A model generated the notes under the pieces. The model had not been told where the DNA came from. It saw nothing but the letters and a program-made list of their open reading frames with translations, and did not search any database. Of a stretch of DNA of 64,000 nt, positions 25,719 to 38,900 are shown in pieces. A program made the translations under genes and the position numbers. The stretch spans positions 1,331,386 to 1,395,385 of the forward strand of contig CAJINV010000016.1 of NCBI GenBank assembly GCA_905178155.1, given 5' to 3'. The stretch comes from Amoebophrya sp. A120 (lineage: Eukaryota > Protista > Dinoflagellata). How positions within the stretch are numbered: the stretch's first letter is position 1; every line of letters starts with the position of its first letter.

Positions 25719-27797
25719 TTTGTCTTAGATAGGTGCTGTTCCTGCAGGAAAAATGTACGTTGAAAGTGAAGAAGGCGTAAAGACCTTAGAGAGGAAAGGA
25801 TAAAAGCCTAAAACTGCTTATCCTTACAGACCGAGGCCGACATTGTAAAAAGGAGTAAAAAACTACTTGTCGCTGCAAACATATAGGTCGCTGGTGTGCC
25901 GCTGTTGGTTTGGAAAGATAGAAATCAAATAAAAGATCAAGCAATGGCATCATGATCGTTCTATAGTTGGACCTTTCAGATCTACGGCACCGCTAGAAAA
26001 AAGAGGCGGAGGCCAAAAAGCTGTAACTAAAATTGGAAATGCGTAGGTAGATGACCAAAGAGTGATCCTGGGTGAGCGCCAAGACCTTTGTCTTTCACGT
26101 TCGTTGTGCTCTCCAAAAGTCGTGAGCGCGAACTTCAATATCTTGTCTCCCGCACCTCCAACAGGAGGAAGGATGTTGAAAATCAAACAACAACAATAGG
26201 AGGTGCTCGGGAGAGCAAAATCTGGACCGTTAAACGGGGCGTCTTCAACATCGTCTTTTCAAAAAACAAAAAATCTGCTCAATGGCAGGGCGATCCAGCA
26301 GTTGCGCTTTGTTACAGAAACACTTGTTCTACTTTTGAGTCACCTTAAAATCTTCCCATGTGCCAGTGCTGAAGCGAGGTAGAACAGTCGTGGCGTTGAC
26401 GTCCTTCTAATAGAAGTAGATCATATGCTCATTCCTGTTTTCCACAAAAATCCAAGGTTTTTCTTTTCTCTGACTCTGGCATGTACACATGTGAAGCTGC
26501 CATAGAGATTCTAACTCGGATTTGCTGCATTTGAGTTTGACCACCTCCTCACTGAAATATCATTGATTTCATGAAGATTATGGAGGTGGTGGCAACACAA
26601 ACTTTGTACTGTACATTTGGAAAATCGGAGATCGCTCTCAAAATCAACTAATTTGGATTTGTTGAGAGTATCAATTGGTGTTATGCCCCAACTTCGAGCT
26701 AACCACCTTTGTGGTTGCACTTGCGACAAAATAAGAAGACATCGAAATCTGCATATTTTCGTGATAGATATGCCTCATTAGAGCGGTGCATTTTGCACGC
26801 CGCAATTTCGCGACCACAAGAGCATGCGTCATATCAATTTAAAGAAAAAAAACTATCCAACTACGAGCAAGCACGTCGGTGTTCCTTTTGGAAATCTGGA
26901 TCTGCATTGCTGCTGCACAAGAACCTGACACTTCTTCGTCATCTCGTGCTGTTAATGTTGGATTTTAGTGAAAGCAGAGGCACAGTTGCCTCGTCTTCAA
27001 CATTCCAAGTCTTTTGAAGACCCACCACAATAATATAAATATTGAGTACCGCTTGATTTCAGCCGTTGAACTTGGCGCTCTGACGGCCTACGCACAAGCG
27101 AAGGCGCTGCGGTCTAATTTGTACAAGAGTTCAAGCAAGTTGGTACAGGTCTCGTTGGTACAATTTTAAACTTGATTTTTCTGTCTCAGTTGCTGCAGCT
27201 CCTGCTTCTGCGTAGAAGTTGAGTTTGTAAATGCTAGATCGTCCTAGCCGGTTGTTCGGTACTGTGTGTGTACTTGCAGATGCAGCGGTTTTGTTGATTT
27301 TTGCCTTTAAGATCCTGCAATGCCATCGCGCCTATGCCTAAGAGCAAGAGGCTGGACGTGACTCTTGTTTTGATGCTACTTTATTTACTTATTTTTTTAC
27401 AGGAATATCAACTCGAAAAGGAATTTCTTTGTTTCTTTGTCCTGTCTGGGCATGACTCAAGCATGTCTTTGGCTCGGTCAAAGCTTGTTCAGTTCGTTCG
27501 GTAGTGCTTTCAACTTCTCGCGCTCGCAGGCGGAAACAACACAACTTTGCTCGAGTGAATAGATCTTCAGAAAACTAGTAGGCAGCGAAGAGCACTTTTG
27601 AGACAACTCTGCAACTAAAATATTTCTCTGTTGGAAAAGCCAAAAGAAACTCAAGGAACGAGGAAAACAAAGAGAATAAGGCTGAAGATGAACTTTTCCA
27701 GAAAAGAAATTTACGAAATCAAAAAGAAACGTACAAAATAAAGTGCTCCACAACTCACAGAGGACATATTTTTCCTCATCTTCCAAAAAATACAATT

Positions 27798-29937
27798 TCA
27801 CGCCCCCACGAAGCCCATGTCCGGGGAAACCATCGTCGATGTGTTCCCTACATCAACGCCTTTCTCATTTTGCCACGCCAATTCCGCGTCCTGCAACCGC
27901 ACCTCGCCGCATCCTTCTTCCAATTTCCCGATGTCAAAAACACTCTCGTTAAATTCGTTTTTCAAAGTCAGTTTCACGTAGTCCACGTCCTCCGGCTTCA
28001 CGAAGATCGCCATCCCAATGCCGATATGCATTGCAAGAGTAATATCGCACTCATTGTAGTAATTTTTGCAGTCATGCATGTCAAAACTCTTTCCGAACCT
28101 GAAACGACATTACAAATTCTATTTCTTCTACTTCAAGTTTTCATCTTCTTTCCGAAATTTGTGATGCTATTTGCACAAAGTGCGATACTTTTGCAATGCA
28201 TATCCGCAATTGAACGTCCGCGCCATTTCCATGGGGTCCAACCCGCCGGAGGAGAACAGCCAGTGCAGAATCGGGGGTAAAGTCCAGTTCGCCGCGGAGA
28301 GTTTCGCGTCAATGTTGTCCGGTAGAATTCTCGGGATGTTCTCCAACAGACCCCCGCCGGTGATGTGCGCCGCGGCCAGAATTTTCTCCTCCTGCATGAG
28401 TTTCAGCAGTTGCTTCACGTAGATTTTTGTCGGTAACAGCAAGTAATCGCCCAGTGACATCAAGGGGTCGAAGGGCGCTGGGTCCTGGAACGTGAACGGT
28501 TTCGCGGTCTCCGGGTTCAAAGTGGAAGACACGATTTTCCGTGCTAACGATAATCCGTTGCTGTGGACGCCGGACGAGCCCAAGCCTAAAATGCAAACCC
28601 CCGGTTTGAGTTCGCTCGTTCTCGGCAGAATCTTACTCCTCTCCACAATCCCGACGGAAAACCCAGCGACGTCGTATTCCCCAGGACTGTACAACCCCGG
28701 CATCTCCGCCGTCTCCCCGCCGATCAATGCGCAGTTCGCCTGCTTACACCCGATATCAAATGTAAAAGTGTCTGGGTTTGGAAAAGTGTAGGCTTGTCAT
28801 GCAGATTTTCCATGGCCCATGAGGTCTGGAGTGCGGGACTTAGCATGACAGACTCTGCGAGGTCTCTGCCATGCCTATCCTGCATGAGAAACTCCCCTCC
28901 AACTTGGTCAGAAGTGTACAGCTTTTGGCACTCATGCAACACAGATTTTCGCATGCTTCAGATTTACCATGACAAGTTGGAATCTTCCAGACCCAGACAT
29001 TTTTGCAATTCATGCCCGATCGTCACCCCCTTGATCACTTCCGTCGCTTGCTCGACGGATAACTTCCCGGTCGCGAATATCCTGAGTAAAAACGTCCCCA
29101 CGCCAGAGTTGTAATGCAGATTTGCAAAGACAGGAAGACTTGTAATGCGCATCCCCATGAGAGCCATTTCCAATCGTGTTTTGGAATTTGTGATGCTGTG
29201 AACAGGATGAGCAGATGAATCTGCGATGCGGCTGCACTTGCTGACCTGCACTACACTGCGGAGTGCAACTTGTCATGCGTGACTCACAAAACTCCTAGGT
29301 TTGTGTTGCAAAATCCCCATCCTGACTCTGGTGTGGGGACGTTTTTACTCAGGATAGCGAAGTAATCTAGGAAATACAGCGGTTCCGCACCGTGAACCAA
29401 GCAGTCGTTGACACACATCGCGACCAAATCAATGCCGATCGTGCCGTGCTTGTTCAGATTGTTCGCGATGAGTAACTTCGTCCCCACCCCATCCGTCCCG
29501 GAAACTAGGACTGGGTCCTTGTAGTTCACCGATTTCAAATCGCAGAAGCCGCCAAAGGATAATTCCTTGCCGAATTCGCAGCCCGGTCTTGCCTATCAAA
29601 TGTAAAAATGTCTGGGTCTGGAAGAATTCATGTTTGTCATGTTTGTCTGGCATGACTCTTAAATCTGTCATGCACGTTACGCAAGAGCTCCGCTTTTCAT
29701 TTTCTGTGATGCAGGAACGCAGTTTGTCATGCAGAATAGGCAACACCTAGAAGCTCAGAAACTTGTCATGCTGAGCCAGCATTTGTGGCCTCCCCATCAT
29801 GCGCCACCCAGCATCACAAGTTTCCAGACCCAGACATTTTTACATTTGATATTGCCGTCTGCTTCAAAAACGGTTTGATGTTTTCAACCAACGCATTCCC
29901 GGCGTCGATATCGACCCCCGCCGCTTTGTAGGTCAAT
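27798..29937 (-). CDS. purM: AIR synthetase domain of the fusion
   Basis: [61 protein letters not shown] (after splicing). Confidence 0.96.
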
Positions 29938-32900
29938 TTCTGTTGCTGATTCGCACCGGAACTGCTAGAAGAAGCTCCAGAGGAGCTACTTCCGCAAGAT
30001 GGTGTGATGAACCGGTGCTGCCTCGTGCCCATGGCAGCGATATCGGACCGGTAGAAAGCGTTTTCGAATTGCACTTGCTCCACCCCGAGATACGCGAGTT
30101 TGATAGCATGTTCTAAAGTGCGGCCAAGAGCAGAAACGGCTAAAACCCTGCCGCCGGACGTCACAGTCTCCGTGTTCTTCTGCTTGTTCTGGTGGGTGTT
30201 CACAGAAGAGGAAAATGTGGTCGGAGACGCGTTGGGACTGGTGTTGCTCTGTTTCGAGTTTTCCCGGCTAACCGCGGCTTCCGATGCCGTGGTGGAAGCG
30301 GAGCCGGAAGTAGATCCATTCGACGTTGACACCACTTTCGTCCCGGCATGGAAGGTCCAGATGGACGGCATCGACGTCAACTTCTCCAACCCGGAAATCG
30401 TTTTGTTTTTCTCGTAACTATTCGGATACCCGCCGGACGCGACGACAACGGACACGCAGTACCCCTTCGCAACCACCAACGCCGCCTGATCCAGGCGTCC
30501 CTGGCAGCAGAGAACCAACGCCTGGTAGAAATCCCCTTCTAATAGCGGCATCATATCGCAAGGAAAAATCCTCCCTCCCCATATTGAAGGGGTAGGCTTT
30601 CGAAAATTTGTGTTGCTGATTTGAGGTCACAAATCACGTTTGTGTTGCAAGAAGACAAGGGCAGCAGCTTCCGTCCCATTATGGAGGCGGTTTGTCATGC
30701 TGTTGAGCCAACATCACGGACGCTTCTCATGCTAAGCGCCTAAGTCAAAGCATCTCTGCTCAGGCTTGATATGGGTCTGCAGTCCACTCTAGCAAGACAG
30801 ATGTGATTTGTGTACTCAAATACAGCAACACAAATTCCGCTTTCGCTATGGGGAGGGGGGATTTTTCCTCACAATACATCACCGCCTGCGTTTCCGGATC
30901 CCCGAATCGGCAGTTGTAATATCCCGTGCAAAAGTATCGTACTCGTAGTAATTGCGTTTATGCATTACAAATCCGATTCTCAAGGTAAACCAGCATTACA
31001 AATGCAATTTGTAATGCTGGGGGAATTTGTAATGCGATTTATACTAGTACGATACTTTTCCAGTTCATATGTACTCCAAGACGTTGATAACCGTTTTGCT
31101 TTCGTCCTGCAAATCCCCCGACAACATCAAGCCCGCGAACAAAACCCCTACAAACGGCCTCCCCTCCTCCCGCATCCCGTCGACGCAGGGGGTTAAGCAG
31201 GTCTGTTTAATCCGCTCTAATAAACCCGAAGAGATGTCGTTCACGGGCGCAAACGCCCCCATGCCGCCAGTGTTCGGCCCCTCGTCGTTGTCGAAGGCGC
31301 GCTTGTGATCCTGCGCTAATGGTAAGATTTTGATGTTTTTGCCATCGGAGAGAGCTAGGACTGATAATTCCCTTCCCGGCAGCATCTTCTCCACCACGAC
31401 TTCTTCCCCCGCAGAGCCGAAATCGTTCTTCATCAACATCCCAGTCAGCGCCTCCTTCGCCTCCTCAACTGATTTCGGCACGATCGCTCCCTTCCCCGCG
31501 GCTAGGCCAGATGCCTTCACTACTACTGGCCAGTGTTTGTCGATGTAGTTCTTCCCGTGTTCCAGACCTTCTTCTCCTTCTTTCCGTCGGAAAATCTCGT
31601 ATTCCGCTGTTGGAATGTATGCAATGCAAATTTTCCGCACATGTACAAAATGCATGACAAATTCCGCCACTTTGGAGTTTCCAAGAACTTCATCTGAACT
31701 TGTCAAGCTAACGAAGAATGTTGAGGGAAAGTTTTGTGATGCAGAAACAGCATCTTTACTGGACAATCGGCGCAGCTGATGAAAAATTTCGTCCGGATTT
31801 CGTCCGTTTTTTTGATATTTTTTTTGAAAATTTTTTTTTTGCCCCTTTGGAGGCAGCCGGCTTTGTGCCCTCTCCAGCATCTATTAGCGCAGTGGGGCGT
31901 GCTCTGGGCCTGAATGTTCCCGGCCCTCGCTCCCTAACCCACGGCCACACCGCGGGCGTCGGCAGGATGTTTCGCGCGGCTCTTCACTCGATCACAGCCG
32001 CTAGATCACAGGTCGCCGGACCTTAGGCGCCCAAGAGCTTGCCGCAGCCTGCTCACGCATCCTCTCGAAGAGGCCCAAAAGCCTGCCATTGCCTAGGGCT
32101 TTTCATGTGGGTGCCCATGCAGTGGCCCCTCATTGCTTTGAGAAGGCGGCGCCGCATCTTTTGAGAAGGAAGCGACAAGCGATCAGCCCCCGGCCTTTGT
32201 CTGTGGGTGGGTTGGTGGGTTCGCGCCTTCACAAATCGGGGGGTTTTCTTCTAGCAAAGACGGACAACAAAGACGAAGGCCAAAAATAGCTTTTTTTTTG
32301 TTTCCGAAATATCTTTTTTTTGGCTTCCGAAATATCTTTTTTTCGTCTCCCAAAATATCTCCGGATTTTCCCGAAATATCTCCGCGAGCGACGAGGAAAG
32401 CAAAAAAAACTATCTCAAAAGTTATTTTAGCGCCGATGCTATGGAGATATTTCGGGAGATATTTCTGGAAATATTCCGAGATACTTCCGCGGAGCTTTCC
32501 GCGACACTTTCTGGCCAAAAAGGCGTCGCCCAAAATATCTTTTTTCGGCTTCCGAAAATATCTTTTTTTGGCTTCCCAAAATATCTTTTTTCGGCTCTTC
32601 AAAATAGCTTTTTCCTTCTAGACCTTTTGGTCTGCGGATAAGGAGGGGGAAAAAGAGGGACAATCAAGATGCCCGAGGCGGCTACTTAGGGCTCCGTCAG
32701 GGTGCGCGCAGCAGGTGCGTGCCCAATGTTGCGTTGCCCTCAGGGTATCAGCGGCGCCCACCTAGGCGGGACGCCCGCTCGCAGGGCCGGCGCGGGCAAC
32801 TTAAAAACCGCTAGGGAGAATGGGGGCCGGGGCGTGACACCTAGAGCTCGCGCAGCATAGTGCAGGGAAGCAGCGCGCAGCGTGTCATGCCGCCTGTGCC

Positions 32901-35900
32901 TTAGGACGCCGCGCAATCGCGCGGGCTCTATGCGCTAGAACAGGCGATGCGCCTCGCGGGGAATACCGCCGCCGCGCCAAGCAAAGGCTCCCCGGCTTTG
33001 GCAGGGCGGGCGTGCAGCATTTTATCGAAGCAAAATTTTTTTTTGAAAAAAAAAATCTTAAAAAAATCGGAGATAATTTCAGATTGGGTCCCATCGCCAT
33101 CCAGGAGCGCCCGTGATAACGTTTACGTGTACGGGAAAAACTCTGGATAGAATGTTCCACCGCTTCATGAAATCTTTCGACCACGCTTTGGATTCCTCGA
33201 GTATCACGCCCTTCTTCGTCGGACCGAAAACTAGGATTTTCTCTTTCGTCAATGAATCCGTAATGCCATCAACCAAAGGTTGCTCCGGGCCAACGACGAC
33301 CAAAGAGATTTGCTTTTGCTTGCAGAAATCCCGCAATTCCTGGAAGTCGGTTTTGCTGTTGATCGGAACATCAGATCCTACGTTGAGAATCTTCCGACCG
33401 CTTCCTCCGTTCCCCGGAATGACATAAACCTTCTTCACCTGCTTCGACTGGGACAAGCGCCAGGCTAAAGCGTGCTCCCTCCCTCCAGACCCAATCACCA
33501 CCACCTGCTCCCGCTCCGACCCGCGGGTCGAGTAAGACCTTGTCTGCCTCCCCTCGTAGAAGTTCACGAACGCTTGCAAACTACATCTAATCCCCCCAAT
33601 CGTCGGGAAATCGCCGGTAAAGACCCAATCGCCGGTCGAGTCCGGAATCGCGCGGCGCATGCCCTCGACCGTTTGGTACAGCATGGTGACTGGCGTTTTG
33701 ATATCCTTGTCCGTGACGAGTTCCGCGATCTTCGCGGATATTTCCTCTTCGCTAAACGGAGAATAAATGTCCTTCACGTGATTGTAAAAGCTGCCGCCGG
33801 AAATCTGTTGTTGGTAAAAGCTGCTGTTTTGATTGTAGATCTCCTCTTCAGTCGACCGGAGCGTCTCGACGCATTTCCGGTAGGTTTCCTCCAAAACGTG
33901 CTCCATTTTCTTATCTTTCAACAGTTCCACTGCCGCCCGGAACGCGACTAGATTGTCCAGTCTGCTCATGTCAATCCCGTAGCAATCCGGGAACCGGATT
34001 TGCGGTGCGGAAGACACGAATAAAATCCTCTTCGGCTGCAACGCGTCTAATCTCGGGATCATCGACATCTTCAGCGTAGTCCCGCGGACAATACTATCGT
34101 CGATCGTCACTAAAGTCGTCTCCCCCCGTTTCACGATCCCCGGCGTCATCTCATACGCGGTAGATGCGAGTTGACACCTGCCCTCGTCTTTGCTGATGAA
34201 CGTTCGGAGCTTCGCGTCCTTGAAAATCAGTTTTTCCACCGGGATCTGGCACTGCTGTCGTTGGTTGATGGAATTGGAGCTGTTTGTCGCATTCGATGCT
34301 GTGTTGCTCGAGAAGTTGAACCCGAATTCCGCGTTGGTTGGACTAGAAGACTTCATCCGCTGCCAGATCAAGTTGTTAATCTCGATCGACAAACCGGTCA
34401 AAGCGATTTCGGCCGTGTTGGGAACGAAATTCAAAACCGAAGTTTCCCAGCAGTTCGCGATGGAGTCCAGGACCGGCGCGGCTAGCTCCCGACCGAGAGC
34501 GAGCCGCTCTCTGTAGATGTCCGGGTCGTTGGCCCTTGAAAAGTAGATTCTTTCAAAGACGCACTTTCTTGGAGTTTCCGGTTGCAAAATGCAGCGCTCG
34601 ATGGGGAGAGAATTCTGCTCGTTGGCTTTTAGGAGAAGCTTACGCACGGACCGCCCGTGATCAGAGGGGGTCTGGAAATGCCTCAGGAATGCTCCAGGAA
34701 TCTGCTCAGAAATGTCCCGACTTTGCATATATCGCCGCGCATCGGAGTCATCGCCTTGGTCGCATTTATACGTCGCACATCACTGATGCGCGACACGATG
34801 GGCACGCCATAGCAGCGGAATGACGGGCCACGGGAATTATCTGCGCCGTCCTGGACGACCTACATTGGCGGACCGCCGGCCGGCGCGAAGATTGGGCGCG
34901 GGCAATAGATATAGACCCAAAACCACAGACCCGGCGAACCCCCGGGGCGCGCGCCCTACGCCACCACGCTGCAAAACTGAAGCGCATGCCGCTCGCGTCA
35001 CACGCGTGACACGATGGCGCCACGGTTCGGAAAAACGGGGAGCGCCCCTCGGAGGGTGTTGCGCGCTGGTTAGGACAAAGGTGGTCGCCCAGCGCGCAAA
35101 GCTGGTGGCCGGCTGGCAATCCGTGCGACGGCTGGTGGCCGGCTGACAGGGCGCGCATGCGAGCGCGCGGCCCACACAGTGCGGCCCGCCCGTCCGAGCA
35201 CGCGCCGCGGCCTGCGTCTGTTGCGCGGGCCGTGTTTCCTAGTTTCTTTCTGCGAAAATACAAACCAGCGCGCCGGCGCGCCTTTGCTTGTGCGCTTGTA
35301 AGAAACACGCCAAGCAGGTTTCCTTGGGGAAAACCGAGAGGGGCCCTGGCTTCTTCCCCCCAATACGATTTCCCTGAAGAAAGAAAAACCGGGCCCAACC
35401 CTCCCCAGGCCCCCCAATCGGCGGCCTTGCCTTGGGTGCCCAGCTAGGTAGCGCGCCGGGCCAGCGGCCTGCCCCTGCAAAGGCACACACCGGGCCGCCT
35501 ACCATCAAAGCAGTGCGGTAGGTGTCGCCGGCCAAGGTCGCACGCGACAGCTGCGGCGCGCGAAGCTTCTACAAACATCCTGAGCCCGGCGGCCGGGCCG
35601 GCCGGGCTTCCACAGCCCTACTCTTTACCCGCAAAAACCTGCACAACCCTGCGCCGGACTCTCCGCCCGCCACAGTTCTTCGCCCCTTCGTTCGCTGCGT
35701 GCTCACTGGCCGCGCCCAAATCCCGAAGAACTGCCCGAAGCGCCGGCCGCCCATTCCGGCCCCCCTCCGTCGGACCGGCCGACAGTATTCACGTGCCCAG
35801 TCTTAGCAATCGGCCTGGGCGTGCTCTGCAGGACATCCATCCGAGATATCAAAAGCGCGAGGAGCGCTCTGGGCCTGCTCTGTAGATCACTCCGCAACTG

Positions 35901-38900
35901 CTCTGGAGATGCCGCGGCCTTGCAACATAACACCGGAAAAGACGGCAATACTGCCGCGCCGCGGATCTTCTTCGCAGTTTCGCAGAAATTTTGAGCCTTT
36001 GCAGCCTTCACGCAAAGGCATCTTTTTCACAGGGTCGGACTCGTTCGCCACGGCGCAACGGCCCGCGCCCGAGATCGGTCGCATCAATCTCGGACGGATT
36101 TGCCATCGGTTCCCTTACTCTCGGGTCGCTGTGGCGATCGTTATGAACTTGATCCGCGCGGCAATTCTTGCCGAATATATGAGACGAATGAGGGGCATCC
36201 TGAAAAGCTGAAAAAAAACCAGCAAGGGCACTGCGAAACCCGCAAAAAAGCAACACCAGAAAAAGCCGAAACGCGGAAAACCGTGGCGCCATTTCTGCTA
36301 TTGGGGAAAAAATTTCGCGGCTTTTGCATTTTTCTCCTTCAGAAAAAAACCTGAAAGCTTTTGCATTTTTTTCCTTCAGGGAAAAACCTAAAAAAGTTCG
36401 CGCGATTTTCTTCTAGAAAAAACCCAAAAAAGCTGCGCGCGATTTTCTATTACAAAAAAACCAAAAAAGTTGCGCGCGATTTTCTATTACAAAAAAACCC
36501 AAAAAGCTGCGCGCGATTTTCTAAAGGCCAGAAATGTGAAAAATCGCCGGCCTGATCGGCCTCATGCCATCGGGGAAAGGCAGAGAAAATGGCCCGTCTT
36601 CGGTTTTGGTTTTTTTCGAGGGGGGATTCCCGCGCAACTTTTTTGGGTTTCTTTTTTTGTAGTAGAAAATCGCGCGCAACTTTTTTGGTTTTTTTGTAGT
36701 AGAAAATCGCGCGCAGCTTTTTTGGTTTTTTTGTAATAGAAAATCGCGCGAACTTTTTTAGGTTTTTCCCTGAAGGAAAAAAATGCAAAAGCTCTCAGGT
36801 TTTTTCCCCAAAGAAAAAAATGCGAAGGCCTCGGCATTTTTCCTCCCTTTACAGAAATGCGGCACCCGGCAGCGCGTGTGGCTTCGCTTTGGCCTTTTTT
36901 TTTGCCTACTTTCTTGGCCCGGTCCTTTCAATTTTCTTCGCTTCATTCGCGATCTTTTTACTACCGTAGCCCGATTCAGATTCACCATGATTCTGATTCT
37001 CATTCGCGACGTTTCTGATTCTGATTCACAACATGTGGCCTCCACAAGCCAAATAGCTTACAACATGTGGCCTCCACAAGCCAAATAGAGTTTTGCTCTA
37101 CGCAATATCCACAAAGGGCCAGCTGTAATCGGGGCGCTGAAGCTCCTCAACGCTCATCATCGTCGGACTCTGGGTCTTGGGGCCGCGCTCGCGAACTCCG
37201 GCGGCTGCTGCTTCATCCGGCTGCTGGCCGCCGCTCTCGTTGGTGAAGGAGTGCCTAAGTCGTGCCGAGGGAGAGGAGCGGCGCCACACATGGCGCCAGT
37301 GGCTGCGCCAATGAGTTCAGCAGCCCCATTAACTTCATACGTTTCGGCTTTGCCTAGAAGCCGCTGCAACGCCTTCGCCGGCACTTGCATCCAAGCAAGG
37401 CCAACACGGCCCGCGCGGGGGCGCCTGCCTGGTTGTCGGCCGGCGGCCGGTCCGGCTGGCAGAAGCCAGGAAGGGCTCGCGGGCTGAGGCAGGCCCTCGC
37501 CCCAGGTCCAAGACTGCCTTGGATGCCAATCATAGACGCACACACGTGGCAGTCCCCTGGGCTTTGGCGGTAGAAGCGAAGGGAAACTGACTGAAGCAAT
37601 TCTGCTTGCCACCAAACCACCCAAGACCAGCAAGAGACGAGAAAAAACGAAGCCGGGTCCGCCCGTGTCACGCGCGTGACACGGTGGCCCTGTCTGTGAT
37701 CTAGAGAAGCAGGGCAGCATCCCCCTCGCGCCAAGGGGCGCGCCTGCGCGTGCGAAAGCAATGCGCCACGACAATGGGCTGACGAGGCGCCCGGCTGTGG
37801 CCAAGCGGCGCCGGCAGGCGGCCAACCAATGGGAGGCCGGCAGTTGGTTGCTTGCCCTCCCGGGTGAGGCCGGCCGTGCCTGCCGCCCACAAGGGAGGAG
37901 GGCCAGAATAGCAGTCCGCCGCGCAGAAAGCAAGGCCGGGCCCGTGCCTGGCTGCCACAGAAACAAAGAAAGGAACAGCGGCAAGGCCAGCACACTGCCT
38001 TCTTACAGAGGCAGCCCCGCTGAAGGTCCCAACCTGTCAGAGCAGGCACTGAACCGCCGGGGCGGCGGAAATGCAGGGGCAGACGGGGCGCCTGCAATGC
38101 TTCGAACCGGGCTGCGGACAAGACGCCGGCGCGCCTGCGACAAAACGAAAGCGGGCACAGATAGGCCCGACACAAGTGTGGCGCTGCGGCACTTCGCGTC
38201 CATATATGCAAGGGGAGGCCGGCAAAGGGATAAGGGGCAAACGGGCGGCGCCCGAACGTCAACGCCAGCCGCGGCCCGCATTGCGCGCCACAAAAATGCG
38301 CCAAATACGGCAGCGGGCGCCGCGTCTCGAGGAAGCTGCTTTGCGATGGCCCGGCTCGACGCCTTGTGTGCCCCTCTTCCCTGCAACCACAATGAGGGGC
38401 GCCGGCGTTGTGGGAATTGCCTCCGCCTTACATTCCCGAGGCCATTTCTGAGACATTTTTAAAGATGGCGGGATCACGGGCGTGGCAGTGCATAAGAAGC
38501 GCGTGCCCGGGGGTTAGCTCGTGGATTTCCGCATGGTCTTTCACCTGATGTTGTCATGCGGAGGAAAGTAATCGCACAATGTTGATCAGAGCGTGATCGA
38601 GTTTGACTTTCAACATCAAGAAGTGAGACCTGGAAAAACAAAGGTCTGTCATGCAGCTACTCAGCGCGACCAGTTGTCATGTTGATGTTTAGCATAAGTA
38701 GCAGAAGCTGCACTCTAATCTACCTGAAAAGCGCTCGCAATGACCCCTCGTTCGCTCGCCACCACGATGAATTCCTCGTCCATCCAGTAGAAACACGGCC
38801 GGATCTATCCACAAGGAACTGACCATCCCCATCCAATTTGTCATGCGCCACATGTATGAAGTCCTGTGTTTGTCATGCCTAAAATGCACGAGGATGCTTG

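Larger units (their letters stand above)
34639..38494. mobile_element. 3.86-kb composite introner inside purF, TSD agaag
   Basis: agaag at 34634-34638 and 38495-38499; degenerate ~60-bp TIR (CGCCCGTGATC...AAATG.CTCAG.AATG); join GHALL|LKANE restores PurF. Confidence 0.85.

Noticed and set aside
32183-36837. Lys/Phe-rich ORFs at 32183-32663 and 36361-36837
   Set aside because: They are translations of A/T-tract tandem repeats and palindromes.
34766-38462. Long GC-rich ORFs (e.g. 37354-38304, 37157-37993, 34766-35398) as a transposase
   Set aside because: Arg/Ala/Pro/Gly-rich ORFs overlap in all six frames, as expected from high GC; no DDE, tyrosine-recombinase or RT motifs seen.
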